Shown piece after piece: positions 26,550 to 39,099 of a stretch of DNA of 39,099 bases. This stretch comes from Paramecium tetraurelia (taxonomy: Eukaryota). Under the pieces are notes generated by a model that was given only the letters and a program-made list of their open reading frames with translations, searched no databases and was not told the DNA's origin. The DNA is taken from positions 186,001 through 225,099 of the forward strand of contig CT868046.1 of the NCBI GenBank assembly GCA_000165425.1, given 5' to 3'. Each line of letters starts with the position of its first letter. Within the stretch, counting starts at the first letter, position 1. Position numbers and translations under genes: made by a program.

Positions 26550-28440
26550 TACATCATGGAAACTCATCTGAGCCAGAATGCCACCTAACTAAGAGAGAAA
26601 TAGGAATTTATCTGGAGAAGTTTAATGAATTATGAAAGACAGGTTAGAGTAAGTTGTTAAGAAAAAGATGAGAAAGGCTAACCCGAAAGATCCATCAATC
26701 ATCAATGTTGATCGTTAATTTATGTCTAGGGATTTTTGGATATGATATAGATACAACTGAAAAGGGAATGAAAGAGGTGAAGTGAAGGTCTACTTTCTTG
26801 GAGTACCATATTGAAGTAGTGGATGGAGATAAATACTTTAAAAATATTAGGGTTTTCAGAAAGGTTTTTAAAAATGCTCCTAAAAAAGAATAATTTACTG
26901 AAGGTAAAGTTTTAATTGGAAAGATACCCAAAGAATTCTAACAAATCAAATTCATAAGGGCATCAGAATCTATCATATTTAATAATTACAATTCTAAAAT
27001 CCACAATTGGTATAAATTGAAAGGATAGGAGAATAATACAGGGAAGATTGTATATCTACATAAGCAAGGGGTGTTTCCTAGAGGGGCCCTGAATATTATG
27101 AACTTAAGCATGGTAGACTGCCGATAGGAGGTATAAATTTTATGATTTAGAATTGGTACCTTATACCTATCAGTAAAATTAGGTTTAATTTAGATCTTCT
27201 TTCTTACATAAATTATAGTTTACTCGTATAAAGCGGCCTAGGGAAATGTGGGGAAGAACAAACCCTGGGATCAAGGAAAGAGCTTGAATAAATATTGGGA
27301 GATGAAGTCGATTTGAATTACAGATATAAACTGATCTGGCCGAGCTCTCTAGGACAGGATCAGAAGATGAAGAAGGAAAGCCTTTTTAGGAGGAGAGGAA
27401 AAGGCTCAAGATCGGTGTGAGAAAAGATCAAAATATTACATTGAATTCAACATTCAACTTGATTGGGGATCGATAAAATCAGAAAAAATATTAAGTCTGG
27501 GCATACTCAAAACCAAAGGAATTCAAGATCAATAAAACTCCAAAGTTGGTTCGCTGATTAATTATTAAATGTAGTAATCTTAATCTGAAACACATATTTT
27601 CCGATTCCCCCAATAGTTAAGTTTGAAATTTAAAAGGGAAAAGAATGTTCCATAGAGGTAATTCATCTTTAAAAGATGATGAAAATGTCTATGGAGGTAC
27701 TCACTCTGATGAAGATATGAATTAACTTGTTAGCACTTTGAGAATTCAAAAATTAATTTATTTAATCTCAGAAAAAAGATTTGAAATGTTTTTTAGTTAA
27801 GTGGTACATAATAGATGGAAGGAATGGAGAGATTAGTGTGTTTTGTAATGATTTGCAGAAAGTCTAGATAAATGAAAGATGCTAGGTTACAATCTTAGGG
27901 GAGTAACAACCTAGACATTTACAATAGGATAAAAAGAAAAATTTTAGTTTAATCGACCTTGAGATTCCTAATGAAATTAAAATATTAGAAGAAGTTCATG
28001 CAACTATTTTGAAACCCAGCTAATAAGAAATCTGGATAATCTTTAAGAGAACAACCTTAGCTTTTTTGAAACCAAAGAAGACTGGGTAAGGTAAGTGATA
28101 TACTAGACCTATCTCAATGTGAGGTTACATTAATTCAGAACGATTATTTTAGAGGTTAAATTCCTCTATGAGAAGAAAATTAGATAACGATAGGGACGCA
28201 AACCGAACCAAAATATCTACATAAAATATAAATGAATCGGAAGGACACTAGAGGGAATGTCTGATACCCAAGGATTGGAATGTCCATAGAGATATTTTTA
28301 TAATGGCAAAGAAAACTAAAGATATGATGGACTTGATGTTCAAGGAAGGAAATAAAGGGGAATTAGAAATAGACTATCTAATTGATTATTTGATAAATTT
28401 AATATTCAAATAAATCATATATTAATCAAATTGTTATGAG
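26550..28440 (+). mobile_element. Degraded, internally deleted non-LTR (LINE-like) retrotransposon: ORF1-like remnant plus endonuclease and RT fragments
   Basis: Purine-rich, GC-elevated, no obvious introns. ORF1-like GIFGYDIDTTEK...RKVFKN...KIHNWYKL (~26700-27140). MLGYNLRGV at 27879 resembles an APE endonuclease N-terminus. WIIFKRTTLAFLKPKKTGQGK*YTRPISM (~28033-28119) resembles the non-LTR RT K...YRPIS region. Confidence 0.6.
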
Positions 28441-31149
28441 AAATTTCGTAAATCTTGTCAAAAATACATATTCAATAGACACTCAGTTCGATCAAACCTA
28501 CAGTCTTAATCAAGGGCTTAATATTTGCCTGATTTAGTAATCTGACTAATGAATTCACTTTGATTCCCTTAACCATTATATTTTATAATTCAAAATGCTA
28601 ATACCTTGTTAGAAAATTCTTTAAATCATAATAACTATGACGATACTAAGGATAAAGATAAACCAGAATTAAGACCAAAGCGATTAAAACTATTCAATAT
28701 TACATTTAGTATCACGATCTAACTGATAAATGTTTCAATTTATTCTAAAAAGCCAATCCTATTTATCTTTATTTCTGGTTTCCTGCATAGTATCAATCTA
28801 GTATCATTGGGATAATTTCGGGATAGATAATACTTTCGTATGTTTGTGAAATCTAAGATACTAAATAGCGTTGAGACATGAGTTTAACTGACTTTCAGAT
28901 AAATTCTTAAATTTATTGTCGAGTTACTATGAAATGGTTGATTGATTGAACAGCTTGAATTTCATGTTTAGTATTCTCAAGCGCAGAGAAGATAACTTTT
29001 TATTTGATCAAAAGCAAAGGTAACATATGAACATAATTGCTTTTTTTTGATAGGCTATTACTTAAAGATGGGAGGATCTAATCCCTGATTTTAATGAGTA
29101 TTTCAGTTATTTAATTTTTGAAATGCCCTCCTAGAGCATTATTTAGCAAGTCATTACTTGGATAAAACTTAAAGATAAAAACATAAACTAATACAAAATA
29201 AATTTTTGTTTATATTTTACTCTAAGTTTAGATTTAATTCAAATTTTTGTCATTTAAAATATAATTCTTTAAATTTTAGGCCAACAATTCGTTTTCATCT
29301 TAACAAACCTCAATTAATAAATGAATTTGCTTCAATACCATATGTGTCTCATGCATTTAGCCTTCAGATTTAATTCAGTTTTCAAAATATCGTTTATTTA
29401 AAAGTTGTGATATCACCTGTTTGATTTTGATTGTTATTAAAGATCTTGTGTTTTCTATAACTTCTAGTATCAAAATGAAAGTATCTAGCTAACAATAGTT
29501 TAATGCCCTTTTTAAGATAAAATTCCTGGTAAAATGCTAATTATACTTTAATATAACTGCATTATGGATCAGAAGATCTTATTACTATCAGTAGATAATT
29601 AAACAAGGATCTGAAAATTTATAAGAAATTTTGCCTTGAACTCATTTTGTATACTGTGTACATCTATAAACATGACTACAATACTTAACTTGTTTTTGCT
29701 ACAAATAAAAGATAGAATTGAATGAGAATGAATCTACAGAAATTATTTTTAAATGAGATCATTCCTGAAATTATTCATTCAGTATTAACAACGAGAAAGT
29801 TTACCTGAAGAAAAACAAATTATTTGATAAAAAGAAAGCAAAGAAATGGAATATCTTACAAGAGAAGAAAAAGAAAATAGTAAAGGGTAATTTTTAACAT
29901 TTAGCTATGATTAAGGTCTTACACTGGGTTTTGACCAATTATGAAAGAATTTAGTTCACTAAGTGTTACTATTCTTTGTCCCTCCCATTTTGTTCGAAAA
30001 AATACTGAAAAACTTTCAAAATGATGGTTGAAAGAGGAAAAATCCTTTAATCATTTCTTAGTCTTTTCAGATTTGCTACATCCCACACACATAGATGCAT
30101 AAATTTGCTTCTTTTTTTTTGAGTTAGATGACTTAGGAGTCAAGCGAATATACTCAAAGTTATCTCTATGAAGTGCCAAAGGATTAGGTAATTGGTATAC
30201 CAAACAGAGATGGTTAATTTAGAGAAAAACAAGTGATTTAAGAATTAAAATTAAAAAAAGTCGCTTACACCTATCAATTTTTAAATTGATTAATTAGTGC
30301 AAGCTTAATTTTATCCTTGTATCTTTCTTGAAACTTTTGCAACCCTTGAATAATTAAGGTGATTCATTTCCTGCTGAATAAATATCTTAGGTTTTTATAG
30401 TGTTAATTTGGATGGTTGTGTTTTTTTTAATAACATGTGTTCCTTGCATATTAAATACGTAGTGAAAGGTCTATGATTAACTCATCGCTATAGTTCAAAA
30501 TAACAATTATCAAATCATTTTCAAGGTAAAATCATTTCTTTTGTTACAGCAAGTAAATTGTCTGGGAGTCATTTCTTAACATTCAGAGTAATTTCTTAGA
30601 CTATACTCTCAGGATTTCATTTTAAATAAAATGTAGATCTTTTGCAAATATACCCTTTTTTACTACAATTATTCAACTACATTGATCATTAATACAAATT
30701 CTGATTTCCCATATCCTATTTTAAATTTATTATTTGCCCAACATCTTATTATTTATCTTTTTGTTTGATTTCTTGGGCAAATGTCACAAATATTATTTTA
30801 ATTGGCATTAAAAACATTATATGAATATTTGAGAAGCAACCAATAAGATTATTAAGGAAAATCTAAAAATTGTAACCCAATCCTTTAGCAATCTTCAACG
30901 TTAACTATGAGTTTCATAGAAATTATATTAGTGATTTTAAAAAAATCATATTAAGAAATATTAACCTTTTTCAATAAATATCGAATCGAAAATTCAGCAA
31001 GTTAGTTGAATAATCTTCCATATATATAAAACCAAATACTTAATTAAGTATAAATAATCAATAGTTAAAATTGATAGCTTAAGTGTTGCAAAAGATGTAT
31101 AAATTTGTAATCATTCAAAAGTTACAAGTTCATGCTCATCGTTCCAATA

Positions 31150-32575
31150 ATTAAAATATCTCAAGCAAAGGGGCAAATCGTCAACTCTGTTGTTCAATGT
31201 GAAACAACAAACCCATCAAAAGTGATCTACATCATAAATTTAGTAAATTCCTCAAGAGGCACTTCTACTTTCTTTCATCATTCTTCATAACCAAATCCTA
31301 TCTTCTTCTCCATTTATTGTATCATATCTCGTCTTGGCTATATGCATACCTGCAAACTAAACACCTCCATTTTCAACCACTTCCAAGTCCCAGGTAACTC
31401 TTCAACTAACTATAATTGGGTCCGAAAAACCAAAAACTTATTCTTCCTTTTATCCTTTGACCTATATAGTCATTCGTGTGTCTTTATTTAAAGCCACAAG
31501 GCTCTATCCATTTAATAATTCGTCTTTTAAAGGGTAGTATATCATCAAAATCTAGGAATAAATAACCAACCATTTAATCATAAATAACTAGAAGGCAGTC
31601 ATAAAATCTCTAATTCTTAAGTAAATCTATCCTTCCTTTATGAAGGGGAGTAACCTAAGCAATTGCCTGATTATCATTGAAAACCAAATCAGGCAACATC
31701 AAGAATAATCTCTTGTGCCAATGTGTTATATTTAAACTTTTTCTAATCCTATCTTATTGCTTAAACTACTCGGCCCATCCTGAGTAGGTTATTCTACCCT
31801 TTTGACTTCTTTATCAATCTAATCCTAACAGAGATAAGAGATTGATTAAGTGACTCCTCACTCTATAATTATGAAATTTATTAATGCCTTTCTTCCTCCT
31901 TTTCCCAGCTACTATTTATAATCTTTCTTATTCCCAGTACATTTTAAATGTATTCTCTCGAGTCAATACTAACATTCGTTAGCTATAATCCTTGTCCTTG
32001 GTATACATACCTTAACATTCCAATAGTAGATCTTTTTAATCATAATTAATGTAAGAGACTTGTATCATCCATCAAAGCTTCCATGAATGGATAACCCCCT
32101 TGGCTTTAATAAATTCTTTGAGAGTTAATATAATTTCTTCTTTATTATAATTCTGTTCAATTCTGATTGCACATTCTGTTCTTATCTGGCTATTATGAAA
32201 ATCTTTATTTTTAAATACGATTTTAAAATTATTTCCATAGCCATATTTAGTCACATCCACCTTAAGACTGCTAATTATTGGAGACTTTAAGATTGAGTAT
32301 TTGGCTTACATATTAGAAGTCCACATTAATCTTATTGTGCATCCACAGCTTGTCATTCTTATTCCCATTTCTTCAATATTCTTCTTTTCATCATCAACCT
32401 CATATCCCCATAAGAATAATATTCTCAACATTTTATCTTGAGATATTTTCACTGCGATTCTTCTCACATAGTGCTCACTAAGTACACTGTATTCCCTCAT
32501 GTTTTTGGGTGATCAACTTTTTTTCCTCCCTAGACACATCTCTTTTCTATACCTTGCCTATATCCTCTGACCATG
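31150..32575 (-). mobile_element. Second degraded, probably related ORF1-like element remnant
   Basis: In code 6, track ORFs 32306-32500 and 32072-32260 join into one frame: LFLWGYEVDDEKK...KIVFKNKD...GVIHSWKL*, collinear with the 26.7-27.0 kb motifs. Same compositional skew. TGA interruptions follow. Confidence 0.5.
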
Positions 32576-32884
32576 ATATTATTTTCTTTTGAAATTATAG
32601 TTCAAGGTTTCAAAACAATTAAATTTATCCTTTTAATGTTGAATCTTTATAATTTGAATTTGCCTTATATTATTTTAGAAATTTGAGATTGATTGTAACC
32701 TACAGTTTTGAGTGAAATTTAGATCAAAAATCAAGCTGAGAAAACTGTAAAAAATGGGAATGCATATATAAAATAATTATCAAATGGCAAGGCTAAGCCA
32801 TCGCAAAATCACTATCTATATAAAATTAATAATACTTTTTATCATTTTTTTATTGAGTTGAGTTGCTCAGTAGCATTAAGCAAT

Positions 32885-34700
32885 TCAAATGGAAGACCCA
32901 AGCTATTGTAGTTAATCAAGCAATACTTGAGTTTCTAAAATGCTTTTTAGAAACTGAGATTGAAAGGCTGAACATTTATTAAAACTATAAGCAAAGTAGC
33001 CGTCACAATAATAATTACAATGAATTACTTAATTCTAATAAAACGGCTTTGCCATCTGGTGGAAACCGCTATGATTTCTTAAATATCCAGATAGCCATAT
33101 TATGTATTAATCCTTACAAGTTACACTTGCCACTATATATTTAGCGTGCCTCTAAGGAAAGGATATTTTCATTTGGAAATGCCTAAAATTTTCAGGGTAA
33201 TATAAAGGAGGTAAAGATTGAATCACAAGGTTTCCATTATTAAAAATATCATCAGGTATATCAATTTAACACTGAAATTTAGGATCATATTTAAAATTAT
33301 TAAAAAAGCCATCAATGCAATATACACTAATCTCCACACTATTTTTACTTTTAAACATTTTTATGGAGTTGCAATCAAGTGTCAAGTAATATTTAGAAAT
33401 AGCTATTAAAGATGTAGAATCTTTACGTTTTTAGTAAGAACTAACAAATTAATATTCAAAAGTGCATGAATGACTGCATCCTTATTACTGGTACACGTTT
33501 CGCAACTTGAATTCCAAACATTAAATTTAGGATTGTTAGGATGTTTTGATAATATATCTAAACAATGCTTCCATTAGTATAGTCAGCATCTTCCCATGCT
33601 TTAGATACTTACTGATAATTGACATAAGTATAATTAAGGTACTAACTATCAGCGTATTATAGAGATTCATTAGATTCAGTGTATGAAGACTTTGTATATT
33701 ATTCATGAGATTAATAACAGGCCATAACTAATGGAGACAGAAAAACTTTTACAAATGGAACACTCGTAAATGTCCAAGCATTTCAGGTAAGCATTTTAAA
33801 AATGGCCCATCTTTCTTAAATGCAAGCAATAATTATTTTATTAAATTTAACATCTTTATGAGTCGATACAAAAAATAAATGGATGGTTCTATAATAAAGA
33901 TCCAACAACATATTCTTTCTAGCTTTGGCTGAGTTACTTTGATTATAATAATTTGAACACTTCTACAAATGGATGTTGCTGTCATATATATTAAACAAAT
34001 TTAACCGATATCTCACATCCATTTTTATTAGCAACACGATTTACAAGGACAATATGGTGTATAATTTTTAGAAAATCCTCCGTTAAAACAATGTAGGAAT
34101 TGAGATGAACATTTATTCTATGGAGTCTTAACACCTCCTAAAGAAGGGTTTCAAATTAATGATTAATATGTTTCAATATTTGATCCTTTTTTTTGTATTT
34201 CTAGGATCATTATTAATGATAATAAAAATTACAACAAGCATAATTCTGATGGACAATCAAAAATTTTTCAATATTGTGTGACATATTTCTTAAAAAAGAA
34301 TTTGAAGGTAAGACAAATATAGTCACTTTTGGAATAGACATCCAAACAATTTCAGTTACATTTATTATTAAACATAAGACATCCTTGTTTGTAAAACATA
34401 ATGGTGATGGTAAAATAGCAGTAGTACCAATAAAGACACCAAAAACACCACCTTCAATATAAATAACAGCCAAGCAACTTTGACATTCTGTCAGCAAATC
34501 TAATATGTAAGCAGTTCAAGATATTTGAAATTTAAATGTAGCAAAAAGAAGCTATAGAAGAATCAGCGAATCAAATATTTCATGCTATCTAGGTAGCAGT
34601 AATGTAGATGAATACTCTGTTCACAGGTAATAGTTGTCAATATATTTTTAAGCATTCATTAATATAGTCAATAAAATTGCAATTAAGACATTATGAATAA
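32885..34700 (-). pseudogene. Decayed Cys-rich surface-antigen-like gene (possibly more than one gene's debris)
   Basis: Scattered periodic-Cys fragments (TECQSCL, GCLMFNNKCN*NCLDVYSKSDYICLTF, KCLDIYECSIC, KHCLDI, SSCETCTSN, GCSHSCTF) in shifting frames with TGAs. Confidence 0.4.
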
Positions 34701-36261
34701 TTATTTTATTCTCAGAATATTTAATACAGGAGGATAACATTTAAAAACTCATAGGCTAGCCTCATAATATGAAGATTTATGAGGATTCTAAAAACACGTT
34801 GTGAGAGACGTGATTTGCTTTCTGTTTTTGAAGTATTACGCTAAAGTATAGTCAGTACAAAAAACATAGAAATTTAGTAAAAGATGCTATTGAAAGAGGG
34901 TAAGGCTTGACAAGTTTAGCAATGTAATTTTCCATATGCATTGATCAATAGAAATACCTAAACTACTTTTCAACTAGTTGTTAAATTGGTATATTAAGCA
35001 TTACAATTAATACTAAAAATTTGAAAAACTAATTTTCCAAGTTCCTTAAGCATTAAGATTTCGTAAAAGTATTGGATAAATTTCACATTTGTTGTGAAAT
35101 ATCAATTGAACTCCACAATTCGCAAATTTTGTATAGTTCAAGGCAAATTCGACAGATAAGAAAAGTAGTTGTTTAAAAACATATAGAATTACAAGTTGTT
35201 CTCTATTTCTTATCATAGCTTGTTTGAGATTAATTGCGAAACTTAGGAAATTATGCATAACATCAAACGTCTTAATTATTGGTACTTAACTACATTAAAT
35301 AAACCAAATAGACCATGTTTTCTAGGTTTCATTCAATGAACCCATAGGTATCTAAAGTAAAAAGAATAGAAATTTGGAATAGCGTAATATAAAAATACTT
35401 CTTTGTTCTAAGGAGTGCTCAACTGATTTAGAGTTATAATCAGTCGACTATTGATATAAATTCTTGCATAACAACTATAAATAGAGTAGCAGTGTTACAT
35501 GGAATGTCATCACTTAAATAAAAACATTGAACAAAGGTGAAATAATCAGTATCGATGTATAACTGTTAGTGCATATTATTATTAACAAGAATATTTAGAA
35601 TTTCTTTCTACTTGGTTAATTCTATTTGTCGTATAGTTAATAAATCAGTGCTTCTTAACAAGATCTTTAAGATTTAGGTGAATAATAATTAATCAATATC
35701 GAAACATTGATTTATTCTTAAGATTATAGTATTAAGAATATTATCAAATTATTGCTTTTTATTACATTTAAAATTTTTTTGTTATTGATCCCCCCTCCCT
35801 CTTGGATTTATAAATTGATCAATGCGATTGTAATATTTATTCATACATGTAGTAGGCCAGAGTCAGAACAATTTACTTTTTATTTTAATAATATAGAATT
35901 TTCAGCTTATATTCATTTTAAGAGATTTCATTTTGTTATTGGTTTATGTCTTCAATTTATGTTTTGAACTATAAAGAGAACAACCAAAAAGGTAGACCAG
36001 TTAAATTTAGACCTTATTGTTAACTAATCGAGTTTAAGTAATAGCAATCTTATTTATTTATTTAACACAATTATTGCAATCAACTTATCCTTCTCATATA
36101 GGTTCTACATTNNNNNNNNNNNNNNNNNNNNNNNNNNNNNNNNNNNNNNNNNNNNNNNNNNNNNNNNNNNNNNNNNNNNNNNNNNNNNNNNNNNNNNNNN
36201 NNNNNNNNNNNNNNNNNNNNNNNNNNNNNNNNNNNNNNNNNNNNNNNNNNNNNNNNNNNNN

Positions 36262-36660
36262 AAGGATTATTCTTAAAATAGCCCCATACACTCACTATTG
36301 GGTTTAATATTGGAGAATATGGTGGCAAATATGAATGGTTTTCCTATCTCACACTTTTCTTTTTAAATATCCTTCTTTATAAATGGTACATTGTCCATAA
36401 TAAATACATAATTTCTGAGCCCATATAACTAATTACTTATGTGAATCAGCTTAATTAAGATAAATTGAATCAATTATGCATTAACATTACATTTTATTAC
36501 ACCACAAGATCCTTCCTCATTGTTCCAATAATATTAATCCTTGTTCTAACTTCCATTCTAAGATGCTAAATTTATATTTAACCAAACTTTTTGATGAATA
36601 TTATCTTTAATGAGATATAATTGTCAAAGCAAACAAATACTAATTACTTTTTTATATGCT
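36262..36660 (-). mobile_element. Inactivated IS630/Tc1/mariner-superfamily DDE transposase fragment
   Basis: RTRINIIGTM, NVNAQ, YVFIMDNVPF and YLPPYSPILNPIVSVWGYFKNN match the DDE_3 consensus (MDN...LPPYSPxLNPIExxW). The catalytic Glu is Val (GTG) and frameshifts lie between motifs. Runs into the gap at 36112-36261. Confidence 0.85.
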
Positions 36661-37399
36661 AGTAGTGGCTTTAAAGTAAATTCTAGAAGTAGTTTTTTAT
36701 TAAATCTTAATGATTTAATAAATGTATTACAAACTATACTTTGATATTGGGTTCTCACTTAACATAAAATTATGTAAAAAATCCTGATAAATATTTTACA
36801 TATACATAGTTTACAATGAGTCTCTCTCTTTTCATATATTTCTTAATCAGTTATGTACTATTTTTCCACCTAAAATAAATAATCAATATAATTAGTTTTC
36901 TAATAATTTATTTAATTGGAGATGCTTTATGATAAATTTTGGAAAGGTGCTGGTTTATATTTATCTTTGTTTCATCTTGAACTTACTTTTGTTCAATATT
37001 ATTATAATTAGCATCATCATGTGAAAGAGAATAATTTTGGAAAGCGTCTTGCAATAATCTCTACATATATCTAGTTAAAATTGATTCCAATCCAAACAAG
37101 GACCAAAACGCGAATGATTTTTTTCCAATATCTTTAACATTAACATTATTGAGCATCAAATGTATAATAATCCTAATCAAAATCACTTCCAATGCTAACT
37201 TAAACAATTCTAACTAATTATAAATTTTCTGTTTTTATTAATCAATTATTCAAAAAGGATATTTCTCATCTTAAGAATCAACTCCCAAAATTATCATAAT
37301 ATGGAATAATTTTCTCTTAGAAATAAATATCTCGAATGTCGGATTACCAATTCAAAATTAAAAGCTTGAATTCAAGAAAAAAAATTGAAATTCAAACTA

Positions 37400-37600
37400 A
37401 ACATTAAATTTTATTATTAAAGACCATACAAATAACAATATACGAGGCCAATACATAATGGGATAGATTGATTCTGCCTACAATGGAATTATATTGAAAG
37501 GTTTTTATCTTCCCAAACGACAGTGTTCCATTATTACCGCCGATTATTTGTTTAGAGAGGTTATTATAGTTAGATATAAACAATCCTGGGGGTTTTATGA
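37400..37600 (-). pseudogene. Possible WD40-repeat gene fragment
   Basis: KQIIGGNNGTLSFGKI...HYVLASYIVICMVFNNK is loosely WD40-like. Surrounding sequence is broken by stops. Confidence 0.3.
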
Positions 37601-39099
37601 AGAACACATTCCAGAGAAAACTTGGATGGCGAATGTTCTTTTTTCATTAAATCATAACTATACATTGTTTTAATACTCTGTTCATGATTGTTTATCAATA
37701 ATGAGAAGATGTTCTCTATTCAAAAATTACAGGAATTAGTATTGATTTAAAATATGATGATCAATCACTTAGGAACTCTTCTTGAAGTTCAAAGTTGTTT
37801 TTAATAGCTCGATTAGTTTTTAATTTTTAAAGTTTCCTATAATTTTTGTTTACTTCCTTCCTCCAATTATGTCTTTCCCTTCTCAATTACTCAAGGACTT
37901 TCTTTGCTTTCTTTTTTTAAAGTTCTAAAGCCTTTTGATAGGTACATTGAAGTTACCCTCAGCATATTGAAATTCGGTTATTTAAAAAATATTAATGGTT
38001 TGGTGAAACCAAAATAATGTATTGATTAACCAATTTCGATTTATTTGAAACCTAACTCAATTTCAACAAATTCAAATTACTCTCTATATATGCTTTTTAT
38101 CTCAAATATGCAATTTTAATATCCTATGATTTGCAGGAAAACACCTTGTTTAGCGCTAATCCAATTAGATATTCGCTATTTCTCAAAGATGCCTAGAATT
38201 TTGCTCAATAGTATCCCTTCAAAATAAGCCCAAAATGTATAATGATTTTCAACAAGCCCACTAACTTATTATCTTCTTCAATGATATTTCCTAATTTAGT
38301 TGATAAATATTTATATAGATAGAACTGATTCGATTGGAATATCATTTACTGTAACCTAAAAATTGTTAATCCATGCTCTTTTTTCTTCATATATTTGATA
38401 ATTCAAACAATTAGTTTCCAGTAGAATTTATGACGTAATATTTTGATAATGTATTTACATCATATTTGTTTTTTTTAATTCCAAATTTATTTTCCTAAAT
38501 TGAATTTAGCCAAATCCATATAAAGTTTATGCTTCTTTATTGAAAATAACCTATACCATCAAAAAATCTTAATTTATGTATTTTAGTAATACAAATTAAC
38601 ATTAATTCTTTGGACATAGACAATTGTAATACAAATTTATTTTAAATAACAAGTGGCCAATTGAAATAATTAATATATCTTGGATAATTATTCTAACTCC
38701 ATCAAAGATGCAAGCCAAATTGTTATCTCCTGAAACAACTTAAATGATTTGAAATAATAGAGTAAAGAATGTAAAATGTACACCTTCACATAATTTAAAT
38801 TAAGTCGAAGCTAAACTGTCTAAATTACTTGCTTAAAATATTAAATAAAGGATTTCCAAAAAATATGCGCCTGATTGGGAAGGCTTGAATTATTAAAAAC
38901 ATTGTCGTATTATTAGGATTCTAACTGTTTGCACTTCAAATTCAATTTCAGCAATGACTTGACAATCAGAAAATTAAATATATTAGAGATAGAAATAAAT
39001 TCCAATCAGCAGCTCAAAGGTAATAGGCGAATTAATCCCTTTTAAAAGAGTTTTGGAATTCATAAACCATACTTTAATCTTTTCTCAAGGAATTTCTTT

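Noticed and set aside
28440..31100. Coding-like fragments on both strands
   Set aside because: Frequent TGAs and frameshifts and no family recognisable by eye.
33110..33150. HAKYIVAS as a phospholipase D HKD motif
   Set aside because: The conserved Asp is missing and there is no downstream GSxN motif.
3489..37607. Most ORFs in the supplied six-frame track
   Set aside because: They were computed with TAA/TAG as stops. Many are antisense shadows of real genes (5263-5499, 6967-7167, 16303-16524, 20672-20857, 21815-22123, 22704-22922) or span N gaps. A few are pieces of larger code-6 genes.
37700..39099. Possible remnant of a large NACHT/WD40-type gene N-terminus on the minus strand
   Set aside because: Only a vague compositional resemblance, with no P-loop or other diagnostic motif.
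1..39099. Telomeric repeats, rRNA/tRNA genes and retained IESs
   Set aside because: No C4A2/C3A3 tracts or RNA-gene signatures were seen. The reading frames I traced are explained by canonical introns, and IESs cannot be called without a MAC/MIC comparison.

Overview
AT-rich ciliate DNA, almost certainly a Paramecium species. Genes read in genetic code 6 (TAA/TAG = Gln, TGA the only stop) and carry 22-28 nt GTA...AG introns, so the supplied standard-code ORF track is mostly misleading. The first ~23.3 kb holds apparently intact genes: an H-type-lectin-like secreted protein, a GGGxY/KxGxW (MORN-variant) repeat protein, a bacterial-type GyrI/AraC effector-binding (Cass2-like) protein with one intron, a secreted protein with two 'PHY...W' domains, a small ubiquitin-like protein ending GG-RLFY, and a ~9.7 kb furin-repeat/REJ/GPS-like/5-TM receptor gene. 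These are interspersed with decayed genes, including a collapsed beta-tubulin-type pseudogene. In the last ~15.7 kb I can find no intact gene, only WD40, MORN-variant and Cys-rich pseudogene debris, two probably related non-LTR retrotransposon remnants and a dead IS630/Tc1-type transposase. Two of the three 150-N gaps look like false gaps with duplicated flanks. All domain calls come from manual translation and motif recognition; no database search was run.
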